Shown here: piece by piece, positions 8,858 through 18,272 of the stretch
Position numbering within the stretch: the first letter of the stretch is position 1
How the letters are laid out: each line of letters begins with the position of its first letter
Source: a bacterium
GTDB taxonomy: Bacteria > Patescibacteriota > Minisyncoccia > Phycocordibacterales > UBA2100
Reading direction: 5' to 3'
Assembly: GCA_030648265.1 (NCBI GenBank)
Contig: JAUSHX010000013.1
Span: forward strand, 3,030-67,029
Length of the DNA: 64,000 nucleotides
Translations under genes and position numbers: made by a program
Notes under the pieces: generated by a model
The model's input: only the letters and a program-made list of their open reading frames with translations
Database searches by the model: none
Told to the model about the DNA's origin: nothing

Positions 8858-9109
8858 CTATGTTTCAGCTTCCCTGATTTCTGCCTCAGCTTTTACCCGG
8901 CCGAGATGGTACGGTATATTGCTCGTTTCCGCGGAACTGAGCTGCTTGCCGTTGATTCTGTCCGCGTACCCGCGTTCGAACGACGCGACGGCCCTGTCTG
9001 CGGCCACATCGCCGACGTAATCGCGGATCCTTATAGGACATCCCACTTTATGCGACAGAGACGGCAATCCGTTGTCAATCCCACAACACTTGCACCATTG
9101 CGTGTTCAT
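8858..9109 (-). CDS. Hypothetical protein (83 aa); the reading frame continues after an in-frame stop and may be a pseudogene
   Basis: ORF only. Sequence past the TAG stays open for about 27 more codons. Confidence 0.2.
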   Translation of the reverse strand: MNTQWCKCCGIDNGLPSLSHKVGCPIRIRDYVGDVAADRAVASFERGYADRINGKQLSSAETSNIPYHLGRVKAEAEIREAET

Positions 9110-9262
9110 TAGACTTCCTTTCCTCTTGGAAAATTGAACCTCTGAAACAGTTTCTCTGCGTCGTGTATATCACGGGCTACAATGCGGGTCAATCCGCCTG
9201 CCAAAAGCTCGAAGCTAGTCCCTAGCAGCTAGAAGCCCTGCCTGCCTTCGGCAGGTGTCCCC

Positions 9263-10324
9263 TCACCTCCCCACCAGAGGCATTGGATGTTCAAGGTACG
9301 TGTAGACGGTGATGAGGGCAAGAAGCAGACTTATGCAGAGCGGCCCGAGAAAGATTCCGACCGGCCCGAAAAACACAATCCCGCCCAAGACGGACAGAAG
9401 CACGAGCAAGGGATGCATCCGCATGCCGCTGCCCACCAGTTTGGGCGCGAGGAAGTTGTCTATGAGCCCGACAGCGAGCGCCCCCCACACCAAGAGCCCG
9501 ATTGCCGGGACAATGCTTCCGGTAACAAACAGATAAATAATTCCGGGTATGAGCACGAGCGCCGTTCCAATCCCCGGTATGAGCGCCGCAACAACGGTAA
9601 CCGTTCCCCAGAGAATGCTGTTGGGGACGCCGAAAATAGCGAAGCCGATTGCCGTCAGCACTCCCTGCAGGCCCGCTATCATCAGACTTCCCTTCATCAC
9701 AGAATTAACAGCGAGCTCAAGCCGGTCAAACACAACTCTGTCATCTTTGTCGTTAAGCGGGCTTAGCGTTATCAGCGACTGTATTAATCTCGGCCCGTCC
9801 CGCAAGAGATAATAAAGAGAGATAAAGAAAATAAATAAGTTCAGCAAAAGCACGGAGATGCCCGATAGCGCCGCGCCCAAGTGGCCCGAAAGCCACACGA
9901 GTCCCTGCTTCACATACACATCAAGATTACTTGAAAGATGCGTGAAAAAATCACCGGTCCCCGGCACAATATTCTCGGATGTGTTCCCGATGCTTTGTAT
10001 CGCGTTAACGACAAGGTTCTGCGTGTTATCTCCCTGCGCAAGAGAGGCGTAGAGCTGCGTGGATTCGCGGAATATCTGCGTGCCCAACAATGCGAGCGGA
10101 ATGAGAATGCACACAAAACTGAACAGCAGGGTCGCACCGGCCGCCAATGCTTTCCTGTTGCCGGAGTTGCGAAGCAGGGTGCGGTACAGAGGCTGGAGCA
10201 CAACGGCACACACCGCCGCGAGAACAAGCGGGGTGAGAAACGGACTGATGATGAAAAACGACAAAACCAGCGCTCCCGCAAGAACTACCAAAAGAAACTG
10301 CAATTGTAACTTTGCGCTAGCCAT
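9263..10324 (-). CDS. AI-2E family (PerM/YhhT, UPF0118) transporter
   Basis: Eight predicted TM helices; typical AI-2E C-terminal region (GIGTALVLIPGIIYLF..., PLLVLLSVLGG). Confidence 0.75.
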   Translation of the reverse strand: MASAKLQLQFLLVVLAGALVLSFFIISPFLTPLVLAAVCAVVLQPLYRTLLRNSGNRKALAAGATLLFSFVCILIPLALLGTQIFRESTQLYASLAQGDNTQNLVVNAIQSIGNTSENIVPGTGDFFTHLSSNLDVYVKQGLVWLSGHLGAALSGISVLLLNLFIFFISLYYLLRDGPRLIQSLITLSPLNDKDDRVVFDRLELAVNSVMKGSLMIAGLQGVLTAIGFAIFGVPNSILWGTVTVVAALIPGIGTALVLIPGIIYLFVTGSIVPAIGLLVWGALAVGLIDNFLAPKLVGSGMRMHPLLVLLSVLGGIVFFGPVGIFLGPLCISLLLALITVYTYLEHPMPLVGR

Positions 10325-10378
10325 GCCTGAATCATATCAGAAATAACGCCTGCCACTACAGCGGCAAACGATACAGCA

Positions 10379-11560
10379 TCAACGCCATTCTTTTCCGCTG
10401 TCCCAAATCACTTTCACTATTGAGCCAAGCGCCAGCAGTACGAGTACAAACTTCGCGATGCCGCCGATAAGAGGGATGAATCCGAGCAAGGAGAATATGA
10501 GCACGCCGGAGAGTACCGTCTTCCACGTGAGTTGATAGTCCGCCGGCTTGTAAAATTGCTTGTGTACGAGCGAGCCGACAAGGACGGAAGCCCAAGCCGA
10601 GGCGGTAAGCAAGAGCGCCCCAAACAGGAGGAGACCCAACAGGCCGAACGGGATGCCGACGAGCGTTATGAGAGCAATGACTGATGCTATCGGAAGAACA
10701 ATCAGCACGATGAGCCCGCGGCCAATCTCCAGCATCGGATGTGCCGTGGCATTGCTAATGAGCGCGAGCGTGCAGCGTTTGAACGACAATCCCAGCACAA
10801 GCGCGAACAGAAGCGCCGCCAGAAATTTACCGAAGAGAAATGCGGATAGAATCGCCAGAATTCCTGCCGGCGAAACCGGGCTTTTCTTGGAGCCTCCCTG
10901 CTCCGTGTAAGTCGTCTTCCCTTTTACCACTGCACCCTCTTCCATGACGGCTTTCGCCGCCGCTTTGTAATCCAAGTTGCCGTCTATGACGGCGTCTTTG
11001 CCGAGCGTCAATTTGTTACCCTTAAACGTCACGTTTCCCTTCACGTGCGAATTGATAGTGGCCGAACTTCCTGCGAGCTTCATGTTGCCGCCGACAGAGC
11101 CGTCGGCATTAAGCGAACCGCCCGCCCATACGACATCACCGCCGACCGCGCCTGAAATTTGCGTCTGCCCCGCGGCAACGACAACATCGTTGCCGACTTT
11201 ACCGGCGAGAGTAATATTGCCGCCGCCGATGCGCACGTCATCCCCGGCATCAGAGAACACCGATATAGTGCCGCCGCCGATGAGGATATCCTGCGAAACC
11301 GGACCGTTGACGACAATGGTGCCGCCGCCGAGAATCAAATCGCCCTTGACCGTGCCGCCGCTTGAAATAGTGCCGCCGAAGAGATACAGGTCGTTTTGTA
11401 CCGTTTCTGTCGCGGAAAATGTCGGCGTTTCGCCGGTGCGAACCTCCGCACCAAGGGCAACTACCGGAATAATAAGCGCACTTATGACAAAGGCCGCCCA
11501 CGAAACCCTAAGAGTGTTATTCATATACGCCCATTGTACCCTCCGTTTCCCCTCTTTCAA
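10379..11560 (-). CDS. Membrane protein with N-terminal signal, a bactofilin/DUF4097-like beta-helical repeat domain and a C-terminal multi-TM region
   Basis: Repeats of the form GD.ILGGGTIVVNG / DILIGGGTISV / GDVVWAGGSL, followed by hydrophobic helices. Confidence 0.55.
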   Translation of the reverse strand: MKEGKRRVQWAYMNNTLRVSWAAFVISALIIPVVALGAEVRTGETPTFSATETVQNDLYLFGGTISSGGTVKGDLILGGGTIVVNGPVSQDILIGGGTISVFSDAGDDVRIGGGNITLAGKVGNDVVVAAGQTQISGAVGGDVVWAGGSLNADGSVGGNMKLAGSSATINSHVKGNVTFKGNKLTLGKDAVIDGNLDYKAAAKAVMEEGAVVKGKTTYTEQGGSKKSPVSPAGILAILSAFLFGKFLAALLFALVLGLSFKRCTLALISNATAHPMLEIGRGLIVLIVLPIASVIALITLVGIPFGLLGLLLFGALLLTASAWASVLVGSLVHKQFYKPADYQLTWKTVLSGVLIFSLLGFIPLIGGIAKFVLVLLALGSIVKVIWDSGKEWR

Positions 11561-11568
11561 CCCCGTTT

Positions 11569-11604
11569 CTCTATTCCAGTGTTTTGCAAAACACTGGAAT
11601 AGAG
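11569..11604. repeat. Family-3 perfect palindrome CTCTATTCCAGTGTTTTGCAAAACACTGGAATAGAG
   Basis: 36-bp palindrome just upstream of the 10379-11560 gene start. Confidence 0.7.
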
Positions 11605-11776
11605 AAAATATGCTTATATTATGGCTTTGATGCTTTTACATACTCACTCCCTGACTAATGGCTACCGACTATTTCCTGTCCCCTGTTTCCTCTTGCCTTC
11701 TGCCTATTGCCTGTCCTTCTCCCGTATACTCCACTTGGGTTTGCTTACTCACGTTTCTTTTTTAAGGAGACTGCAA

Positions 11777-11998
11777 ATGTCTCGCGCTAGGTTCTCGGAT
11801 TCTCGTTGTGTCTGTTGTGAAAACAGGGTTCAACGACTTCTTTTTTGGACCCTGAAAATCGGGAAATTGTACCGGCCCATACACGTCGCTTGTTTGTGGA
11901 GATATATCTCGGGCGGCTACCAACCGAATTTTGACATATCAATGTCATCCAACCTGGCGACCTGCGTCAGGAAGACTTGGAAAATGATCTTCAGGTAA
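11777..11998 (+). CDS. Possible small Cys-rich protein (73 aa), the only ORF in this window with a canonical AAGGAG RBS
   Basis: AAGGAG lies 7 nt upstream of ATG 11777. It is followed by the terminator hairpin at 12000-12035. No homology recognised. Confidence 0.25.
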   Translation: MSRARFSDSRCVCCENRVQRLLFWTLKIGKLYRPIHVACLWRYISGGYQPNFDISMSSNLATCVRKTWKMIFR

Positions 11999-11999
11999 C

Positions 12000-12035
12000 A
12001 GGCTGTCTTAGGACCACAGCCTGTTTTCCATGTAC
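12000..12035 (+). terminator. Hairpin plus T-run (AACAGGCTGTCTTAGGACCACAGCCTGTTTT)
   Basis: 10-bp stem, 9-nt loop and a T tract on the plus strand. Confidence 0.5.
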
Positions 12036-12137
12036 CCCCTCAAGTCTCAAGGGTCATATACACCAATTGACCCGTTAACTCCCCCGCTTCGCATTCCGTA
12101 TTTCTAAACTATACGCTATTCGCTAAACGCTTCTGCT

Positions 12138-12404
12138 TTAGTACGAATACGTAATCTCCTTTATTTGCGGAAGGCTCTTTTTTATTTTCTCTTCCATCTC
12201 AACGCCGAAGTGAACGCCCGCCATGCCACATCCTTGGCAATTTCCGATAAGGCGCAAAATGACCGAGTCCGATTCCACGGCAACAAGCTCCGCCCCGCCC
12301 CCGTGCTCCGTGAACATGGGCTCAAATTCTTTCAAAACGGCCTCCACCGCCGCGATGATTTGTTTGGTGGTTTTTTTCGCCGATTTTGTAGTCTTTTTGG
12401 CCAT
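12138..12404 (-). CDS. NifU-family Fe-S cluster assembly protein (Nfu-type C-terminal domain)
   Basis: GGGAELVAVESDSVILRLIGNCQGCGMAGVHFGVEMEEKIKKSLPQIKEI. Confidence 0.8.
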   Translation of the reverse strand: MAKKTTKSAKKTTKQIIAAVEAVLKEFEPMFTEHGGGAELVAVESDSVILRLIGNCQGCGMAGVHFGVEMEEKIKKSLPQIKEITYSY

Positions 12405-12429
12405 AGGTGTGTATTCTCAAGACTTCGAG

Positions 12430-14121
12430 CTAGATTTTCTTCTTACCTTCCATTGAGACACCCTGGGAAGCTACTCGTTTTGCATTCAGTTTGGATTCAC
12501 TGCCAATCTTGCGTAGCGCAACGGCTGCATTATTAGAAATAGATTTCATTTGTTCTGAGGCATCTCCAACAGAACCAAATATTAAAGCTCCCTTAATAAT
12601 ACGATGCATATGAACGCCACGTGCTTCCTTAAAAAGCCCGTAAAAATCATTTGAGGTCAACTTTGCTAGCATTTCAACATCTTCGGGATTCCAACCACGA
12701 TTCATGGCAATGCTTTCTAGCACTTGACCGGGGTCTCTGTCGTCAACAAAAGATTCGAGTTTTTCTTTAAAAGCTTTCGTCACGTCTGGGTCTTTCACCA
12801 TGTTACCAAACGCTGAGCGTTTTAGATCGTAGAGGTCTCTCTCTTCAGGACGTTTCTCAATATAGTGTTTTAGGAGCTGACGAGCTTGTTTAGTGCGACC
12901 AAATTCTTTCAGAAAAGAGACTGTGCCATCTAGGTTTGTAGGAGTAATAACGTCAACATTTTCCACAGCAGCATTATAAATACCATCTAGGACTTCTTTT
13001 TCACCAACACTAAAAGAATCGTGATATAGATCCCAGGCTTTACTAAATGAGCCATCTTTTTTATCACGCTTAAGTTTTTCACTTAGCTTAGCCGCCACTT
13101 TGTTTAGAGCATCAACATCAAAATATCCAAGACGAATCCCGTCTAGCACAACAAGATCAAATTCATCTGTCTGAAAAAACTGGTACGCACTTAGTAATGT
13201 TTGCCATAACTTCTCCTGTTTTGTGATTTTATCTCCACCCCTTTCCAAGTCAAAAATTGGACTGAAATTCTTAATAAAATCTAAAGACGGGGCAACCTTC
13301 GGCTCGTAAACGACCCACCCAAACAGCGTAGTGGAATGTAGAGCTTGATATAAAAGGTCGGGATACGTTTCTGAGAGTAATTCTTCCAACCTTCGAGCTA
13401 TTCGCTCTATCTTTTTGATAACTCTAATGTTGACGATGCCTAGAGATGTGCAGTTCTTGTGCAACAGACCATAAATGCCTTCTCGTGACGAAAAAACAAT
13501 GTCTGCCGCTTCCAGGGGAGATGGTTTAAATTCTAATACAGTATCAGTGACTTTCTCGAGTTGTTTCTTAAAGACCTCCTTATCTTCGGCAGAAAGCTCT
13601 TCGTCATTAAGCAGTAGAGCCACCTTGCACCCACGTTGTTCTTTGAGGAGAGAGATCATGCCTAACACATCAGTAGCTTTTAGATCCCCTCCGGCACGCT
13701 CAAGATCGTCAATACAAACTATTTGATTTCTAACGAGGAAAAATAAGGCTCGTTCCGAACCTGCAAGATAGGGTTGAAAGTTGGGGAACCTACTTAGAAA
13801 AACAACTCCCTTTCTATAATTTTTCTTTATCCAACGAAGTCCAGATTGCAGTGAGTTAATGTCCGGACCTCTGTCTATCTGCTCAACTTCAATAGTGTTT
13901 TCGAAGAGAGAAAATCTCAAGTCATCTAAACTCTTCTGCCCAAATAACGAGATGTACGAGTACCTACTTAGCCCGATCTCTTTGGTACTTAATGCCTCTT
14001 TTAGATAATGACCCCATGCGTAAGTTTTCCCCACTCCCCACTTACCTTTAATACATAGAACTTCAGGTTCTTTGCTGGCAAGAAAACGCTTTATTTCTTC
14101 GTGTACCAACTTGATTGACAT
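12430..14121 (-). CDS. KAP-family P-loop NTPase (563 aa), AT-rich and probably horizontally acquired
   Basis: Walker A region GKWGVGKTYAW and the KAP-type Walker B IVCIDDLERAG. GC content is clearly lower than the neighbouring genes. Confidence 0.55.
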   Translation of the reverse strand: MSIKLVHEEIKRFLASKEPEVLCIKGKWGVGKTYAWGHYLKEALSTKEIGLSRYSYISLFGQKSLDDLRFSLFENTIEVEQIDRGPDINSLQSGLRWIKKNYRKGVVFLSRFPNFQPYLAGSERALFFLVRNQIVCIDDLERAGGDLKATDVLGMISLLKEQRGCKVALLLNDEELSAEDKEVFKKQLEKVTDTVLEFKPSPLEAADIVFSSREGIYGLLHKNCTSLGIVNIRVIKKIERIARRLEELLSETYPDLLYQALHSTTLFGWVVYEPKVAPSLDFIKNFSPIFDLERGGDKITKQEKLWQTLLSAYQFFQTDEFDLVVLDGIRLGYFDVDALNKVAAKLSEKLKRDKKDGSFSKAWDLYHDSFSVGEKEVLDGIYNAAVENVDVITPTNLDGTVSFLKEFGRTKQARQLLKHYIEKRPEERDLYDLKRSAFGNMVKDPDVTKAFKEKLESFVDDRDPGQVLESIAMNRGWNPEDVEMLAKLTSNDFYGLFKEARGVHMHRIIKGALIFGSVGDASEQMKSISNNAAVALRKIGSESKLNAKRVASQGVSMEGKKKI

Positions 14122-14187
14122 ATCTCATATTCTACCTTTTTATCCCGAACCGGAGAAACTTCATTTTCGGACCCCGAAACTATTCAG

Positions 14188-14239
14188 CAAACATCTTCTG
14201 AAGCGCATAGAGAGATGAGCATGCACGGCAATCTAGCCG
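14188..14239 (-). pseudogene. Displaced paralogous copy of the sufU 3' end (encodes ARLPCMLISLCASEDVC*)
   Basis: About 85% identical to 15978-16031, which encodes the real SufU C-terminus ARLPCMLISLYALQKMFSEGR*. Confidence 0.6.
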
Positions 14240-14254
14240 AACTGACGGAGTAGG

Positions 14255-15868
14255 TTACTGGTTGAGAGCCGCGCGGGTCGCAGGGCCGACATAGCCGGCC
14301 GCGTTAATGCCTTTGGCAGTTTGGAACTTTTTGACTGCCGTCTCTGTTACCGTCCCGAAGTAACCGGTCGCAGAGCCCGAGAAAAATCCGAGCGTGGCGA
14401 GGCGTTTCTGCAATTCCAGAACATCCGTCCCGCTATCGCGAAGACCGATGAAATTCTTGAAGACGTACGCATCGCCCGCTGTTGTAGCGGCGCCTTCACT
14501 CACGTTCGCCGTTCCGGACGAACTGGATGCTAGAGCATTGAGCGCCGCGCGGGTCGCGGGACCGACGGTGCCGACCGGCGACAACCCGTGCGCCGCTTGG
14601 AATTTCTTGACGGCGGCGGTCGTGGCCGGTCCGAAGTGACCGTTCGGAGTGGCCGCTAGGAATCCTTGCGTTGCGAGCACGGTTTGCAACTGCAAGACGA
14701 CATCACCCGTTTGTCCTTGACGCAGATTCCCGCTGAAGACGTAGCCGGAAGAAGGCGTGGAATTCGCGCTGGTGGATAGACCTGCGATTTGTGCCTGAAG
14801 TTTTGCAAGCTGGTCCATGAGCGCGGAAGATGCCGTACTACTCGCAGTGCCCGATGTGGAACTGGCGACACTCGTGGAACTTGCGGAAGTAGCGGAAGTA
14901 GATGCAGGGACTATCGGCGGCGGGACCACTCCGCCGGGGCCGAGAACGACGATGGTCTGCGTCGTAGACGCAGATTGTCCCCATGCGCCCACGGTTCCGA
15001 TTATCCGGAGGACATGGGTTCCGAAATCGCCCGCAAGCGGCGTCCACGAGAAGAGTCCCGACGCGTTAATGTTGTTGTTCGTTATGGATGACGCCGTACC
15101 CGTGAATGCATCGCCGATGGAAAAGGTCGTGGGCCAATAACCCTGAGCGCCCGCCCTAAAGGTAACGGTCTGACCGGGCGTGATGTTTCCCGCGGGAGCA
15201 AGGAGTTGGATTGTGAGCGACGGCTCCGCGCCCACGCGCACTGTTTGACTGGCTGAAACGCTGCGGCCCACAGAATCAGTGGCGTAGACCGTGAGCACGT
15301 GTTCTCCTTGCTGGGTCACATCAGGAGTCCACGAGAAGTTCCCCGATGCATCAATGTTGGTATTGAGGATGCTTGAGCCGCTGGTTCCGCCGAACGCATC
15401 GTGGAGAGAAAAAGACGGGTTGGTGAGTCGCGATACGGTCGCCGTAAACGAGAGTTTTGCGCCAATCATGACGGTTGGTCCGGGGGAAAGCGATTGGATT
15501 ACAAGCGAGGGCGGCGGTGCGACGACGATACTCACCGTCGTGCTCGCCGCATTACCGACGTTATCAGAGGCAGTGACTATGAGCGGGTGTGTGCCGATGT
15601 CGCTTTGTACCGGAGTCCAAGAGAACGCGCCGTTTCCACTGATGTTGCTGTTGGACGCGGTTGATGTGCCGAAGGGATCGGACAATATGTACAGGCTGGG
15701 TGAGAAACCAGTGGGCGTGATGGTGAATGAGACAGTGGTACCGACGGGTATCGCACCCAGAGGAGAGAGCGACTGAATGGAAACGGACAATGCATCTGCG
15801 AATGCAAAAGGTACTGCGAGGAGCATGAGCCCGGACACCGCCGCAACAAGACGCTTTACGGCCCTCAT
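14255..15868 (-). CDS. Secreted protein with repeated Ig-like/beta-sandwich modules and two C-terminal peptidoglycan-binding (PG_binding_1-like) domains
   Basis: Signal peptide. Repeated segments SLVIQSLSP...FSWTP, and two GQTGDVVLQLQ..GHFGPAT..AV..FQ motifs. Confidence 0.65.
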   Translation of the reverse strand: MRAVKRLVAAVSGLMLLAVPFAFADALSVSIQSLSPLGAIPVGTTVSFTITPTGFSPSLYILSDPFGTSTASNSNISGNGAFSWTPVQSDIGTHPLIVTASDNVGNAASTTVSIVVAPPPSLVIQSLSPGPTVMIGAKLSFTATVSRLTNPSFSLHDAFGGTSGSSILNTNIDASGNFSWTPDVTQQGEHVLTVYATDSVGRSVSASQTVRVGAEPSLTIQLLAPAGNITPGQTVTFRAGAQGYWPTTFSIGDAFTGTASSITNNNINASGLFSWTPLAGDFGTHVLRIIGTVGAWGQSASTTQTIVVLGPGGVVPPPIVPASTSATSASSTSVASSTSGTASSTASSALMDQLAKLQAQIAGLSTSANSTPSSGYVFSGNLRQGQTGDVVLQLQTVLATQGFLAATPNGHFGPATTAAVKKFQAAHGLSPVGTVGPATRAALNALASSSSGTANVSEGAATTAGDAYVFKNFIGLRDSGTDVLELQKRLATLGFFSGSATGYFGTVTETAVKKFQTAKGINAAGYVGPATRAALNQ

Positions 15869-15963
15869 ATGGTTTTAATTATACGTCAGAGGTGAAAACG
15901 CGCCAGCCTAATGCACAACCCCGTACCGTAGGGTCCGAAGATTTGAATTAACACTCTGCCTTA

Positions 15964-16374
15964 TTACCGGCCCTCGGAAAACATTTTCTGGAGAGCGTAG
16001 AGTGAGATGAGCATGCACGGCAATCTAGCCGGGCCGACCGGTCCATGGTCGGCATCTGTAGACGAGCCTATCTCTGCACTTATCAATTTTTGAATCTGCT
16101 TCGGGCCGATTGCTTTCAATTTTTTCACGGTTTTGCCGAGCATCCATTCCGTAAACATTGAACTGGAGGCGATGGACAGGGCGCATCCGGAACCGCTGAA
16201 GCGCACTTGTTCAACAATGCCCTTTTTATTTACCTTCAACTGCAAAAGGATTTTGTCGCCACACAACGGATTTTTTGCTTCCACTTTATATGTCGGGCGC
16301 TTCATCACACCAAAATTCTGCGGATTCCGGTAGTGCTCCATTATTTCCTCGCGGTATATGTCATTATTGTCCAT
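15964..16374 (-). CDS. sufU: SufU/IscU-like Fe-S scaffold protein (ORF in the track extends upstream; likely start at MDNNDIY)
   Basis: NPLCGDKILLQLKV...FSGSGCALSIASSSMFTE. It carries one in-frame GSSTDADHGPVG mini-repeat near its C-terminus. Confidence 0.8.
   Translation of the reverse strand: MDNNDIYREEIMEHYRNPQNFGVMKRPTYKVEAKNPLCGDKILLQLKVNKKGIVEQVRFSGSGCALSIASSSMFTEWMLGKTVKKLKAIGPKQIQKLISAEIGSSTDADHGPVGPARLPCMLISLYALQKMFSEGR
16031..16067 (-). repeat. In-frame intragenic mini-repeat copy 3 (encodes GSSTDADHGPVGP in sufU)
   Basis: The reverse complement reads GGCTCGTCTACAGATGCCGACCATGGACCGGTCGGCCC. Confidence 0.7.
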
Positions 16375-16485
16375 ACTTAATACAAGTTTACAGTTGACCC
16401 CGAAAACGGCTCCGCCGACGGGGCGGGCAGTGAACAGTTGACAGCAAACCACTGCTTGAATTCCTGTAGACTGTTGACTCCATAC
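16375..16485 (-). repeat. Family-4 intercistronic element (ACAGTTGACAG ... CTGTAGACTGTTGAC)
   Basis: Shares GTTGACAG / CTGTAAACTGT arms with 43054-43153 and 45028-45111; lies between sufS and sufU. Confidence 0.6.
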
Positions 16486-17709
16486 TCATGATTGGAATTT
16501 CTTCTGTATCGCATTGAGCGCTACAACTAAGCGGTCAATTTCTGCGGGAGTATTGTATACGCAAAGACTTACTCGTACCGAAGCATCCAACGAAAAACTC
16601 TCGTGCAAAATCTGCGCGCAGTGGTGGCCGGCGCGGACGGCGATGCCTTCCCTATCAAGCAGAGTCGCGATGTCGTGCGGGTGAATGCCAGCAATCGTAA
16701 AGCTGAATATCGGCGCTCTCGCATCGGCGGTTGCGGGGCCAAGGAGCGTGAGACCGGAAACATTTTTGAGCGCGCGGAGCGCGTAGGCAGTCAGACTGCT
16801 TTCATTTTTCGCAATAGTTTTTAATCCGATTTTTTGCAGAAATGAGATTGCTGCACCCAAGCCAATCACCTCGGCAACGGGGGCTGTACCAGCTTCAAAT
16901 TTCTTCGGCAGAGGCGCGTAGGTTGTCTTTGTGCGTGTAACTTGTTCTATCATGTGACCACCAAATACTTGAGGCGGCAACTTCTCCAACAATTCTTTTT
17001 TGCCGTAGAGAACGCCGATTCCTGTCGGACCGTACATTTTATGGCCGGAGAAGGCCATGAAATCACAGTTCAGATTCTGCACATCAACGTCAAGGTGCGC
17101 GACACTTTGCGCCGCATCAACCAGCACTAATGCACCAACCGCGTGAGCAAGAGCAACCATCTCCCGAACCGGATTCTCCGTGCCAAGCACGTTTGAGACA
17201 TGGGTAATGCCGACGAACTTCGGTTTGTGCTTCGCCAATAATTTCTTGTACACACTAAGATTGATTCTTCCCTCTGCAGTGAGCGGAACAAAATCAATTT
17301 TTATTTTCTTCCGGAGAGCCGCGGCCTGCCATGGAACTATCATCGCATGGTGCTCCATGTCGGAAAGCAGAATGCGGTCTCCGCGATGCAAAAAAGCATT
17401 GGCCACTCCGGAAACGACCATGTTGATGCTCGCCGTTGCCCCTGAAGTAAAAATAATCTCCTTGCGATGTTCGGCGTTAATAAAATCTTTCACGTGGCCG
17501 CGGACGCCTTCGTACTTTGCAGTGGCAGCTTCCGCAAGCGCATAGACCCCGCGGTGAACCGGCGCGTTTTTGGAGCGGTAGAACGCATCCATTCGCTCAA
17601 GAACAACGTCGGGCTTTTGCGTGGTCGCGGCGTTATCAAAATACGCCAAAGGTTTAACTCCCCGTTTTCGGAATATCGGAAATTCTTTCTTTATAGTTTC
17701 CAGCATCAT
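16486..17709 (-). CDS. sufS: Cysteine desulfurase SufS
   Basis: YFDNAATTQKP, SGHKMYGPTGIGVLYGK, and a C-terminal RAGHHC loop. Confidence 0.9.
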   Translation of the reverse strand: MMLETIKKEFPIFRKRGVKPLAYFDNAATTQKPDVVLERMDAFYRSKNAPVHRGVYALAEAATAKYEGVRGHVKDFINAEHRKEIIFTSGATASINMVVSGVANAFLHRGDRILLSDMEHHAMIVPWQAAALRKKIKIDFVPLTAEGRINLSVYKKLLAKHKPKFVGITHVSNVLGTENPVREMVALAHAVGALVLVDAAQSVAHLDVDVQNLNCDFMAFSGHKMYGPTGIGVLYGKKELLEKLPPQVFGGHMIEQVTRTKTTYAPLPKKFEAGTAPVAEVIGLGAAISFLQKIGLKTIAKNESSLTAYALRALKNVSGLTLLGPATADARAPIFSFTIAGIHPHDIATLLDREGIAVRAGHHCAQILHESFSLDASVRVSLCVYNTPAEIDRLVVALNAIQKKFQS

Positions 17710-18272
17710 ATTCTTTCCAGTTCGGCATTTATGATTTCCGCTTCCTCTGCGGGAAACTCGCTAATGAGGGCGCCGAGAAACCCGCGCACGATGAGCTTTT
17801 TTGCATCACCCCGCGCAAGGCCGCGCGAGGCAAGGTAGAACAGCTGGTCTTCGTCAATTTTGCCAACCGTGGCACCGTGCCCGGCTTTCACTTCGTTTTC
17901 CAAAACCTCCAGCCGCGGGATAGCTCGCGCCCGCGCGTAGGGAGAAAGAAGAATGACGCGTTCGCTCAAATCAGTATCGGAATTCTTCGCCCCTTTTTCA
18001 ATAACGACCAGTCCCTCATAGTTGGCGCTCGCATCGCCGTCAAGCACGCCGCGCGCCAGCGTTCGCGAGAATGTGTCTTTCGCCTTATGAATGACCTCCG
18101 TTTCCAGATGAAACGCGTTGTGTTTGGCGTAAAACACGCACAAGACCTTCACCGACGAACCCGGCTTATCCAGTATCACGCGCACGAGCAGAGACCGGTT
18201 CTCTTCCCCGAACCAGAGTATGGGAACGATTTTCATTTCCCCGGCGTTTACTCGTACCTCAATGGTTGTCAT
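17706..18272 (-). CDS. sufD: SufD-like Fe-S assembly protein (short, SufB/D C-terminal core only)
   Basis: SufBD beta-helix C-terminal motifs (AGHGATVGKIDEDQLFYLASRGL). Confidence 0.7.
   Translation of the reverse strand: MTTIEVRVNAGEMKIVPILWFGEENRSLLVRVILDKPGSSVKVLCVFYAKHNAFHLETEVIHKAKDTFSRTLARGVLDGDASANYEGLVVIEKGAKNSDTDLSERVILLSPYARARAIPRLEVLENEVKAGHGATVGKIDEDQLFYLASRGLARGDAKKLIVRGFLGALISEFPAEEAEIINAELERI

Noticed and set aside
9120-9262. Possible small RNA (UUCG-tetraloop hairpin CCTGCCTTCGGCAGG, with a GCTAGC hairpin) downstream of the AI-2E transporter gene.
   Set aside because: No match to SRP, RNase P, tmRNA or 6S motifs that I can recognise. It most likely is the 3' UTR or terminator structure of the convergent genes.
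11621-12137. Checked the long gap for tmRNA, SRP RNA or RNase P RNA.
   Set aside because: The conserved motifs (tmRNA GGGGCUGAUUCUGGAUUCGACGGG and tag ORF, SRP AGGNCCGGAAGG, RNase P GGAAAGUCCGGGCUCC) are absent.
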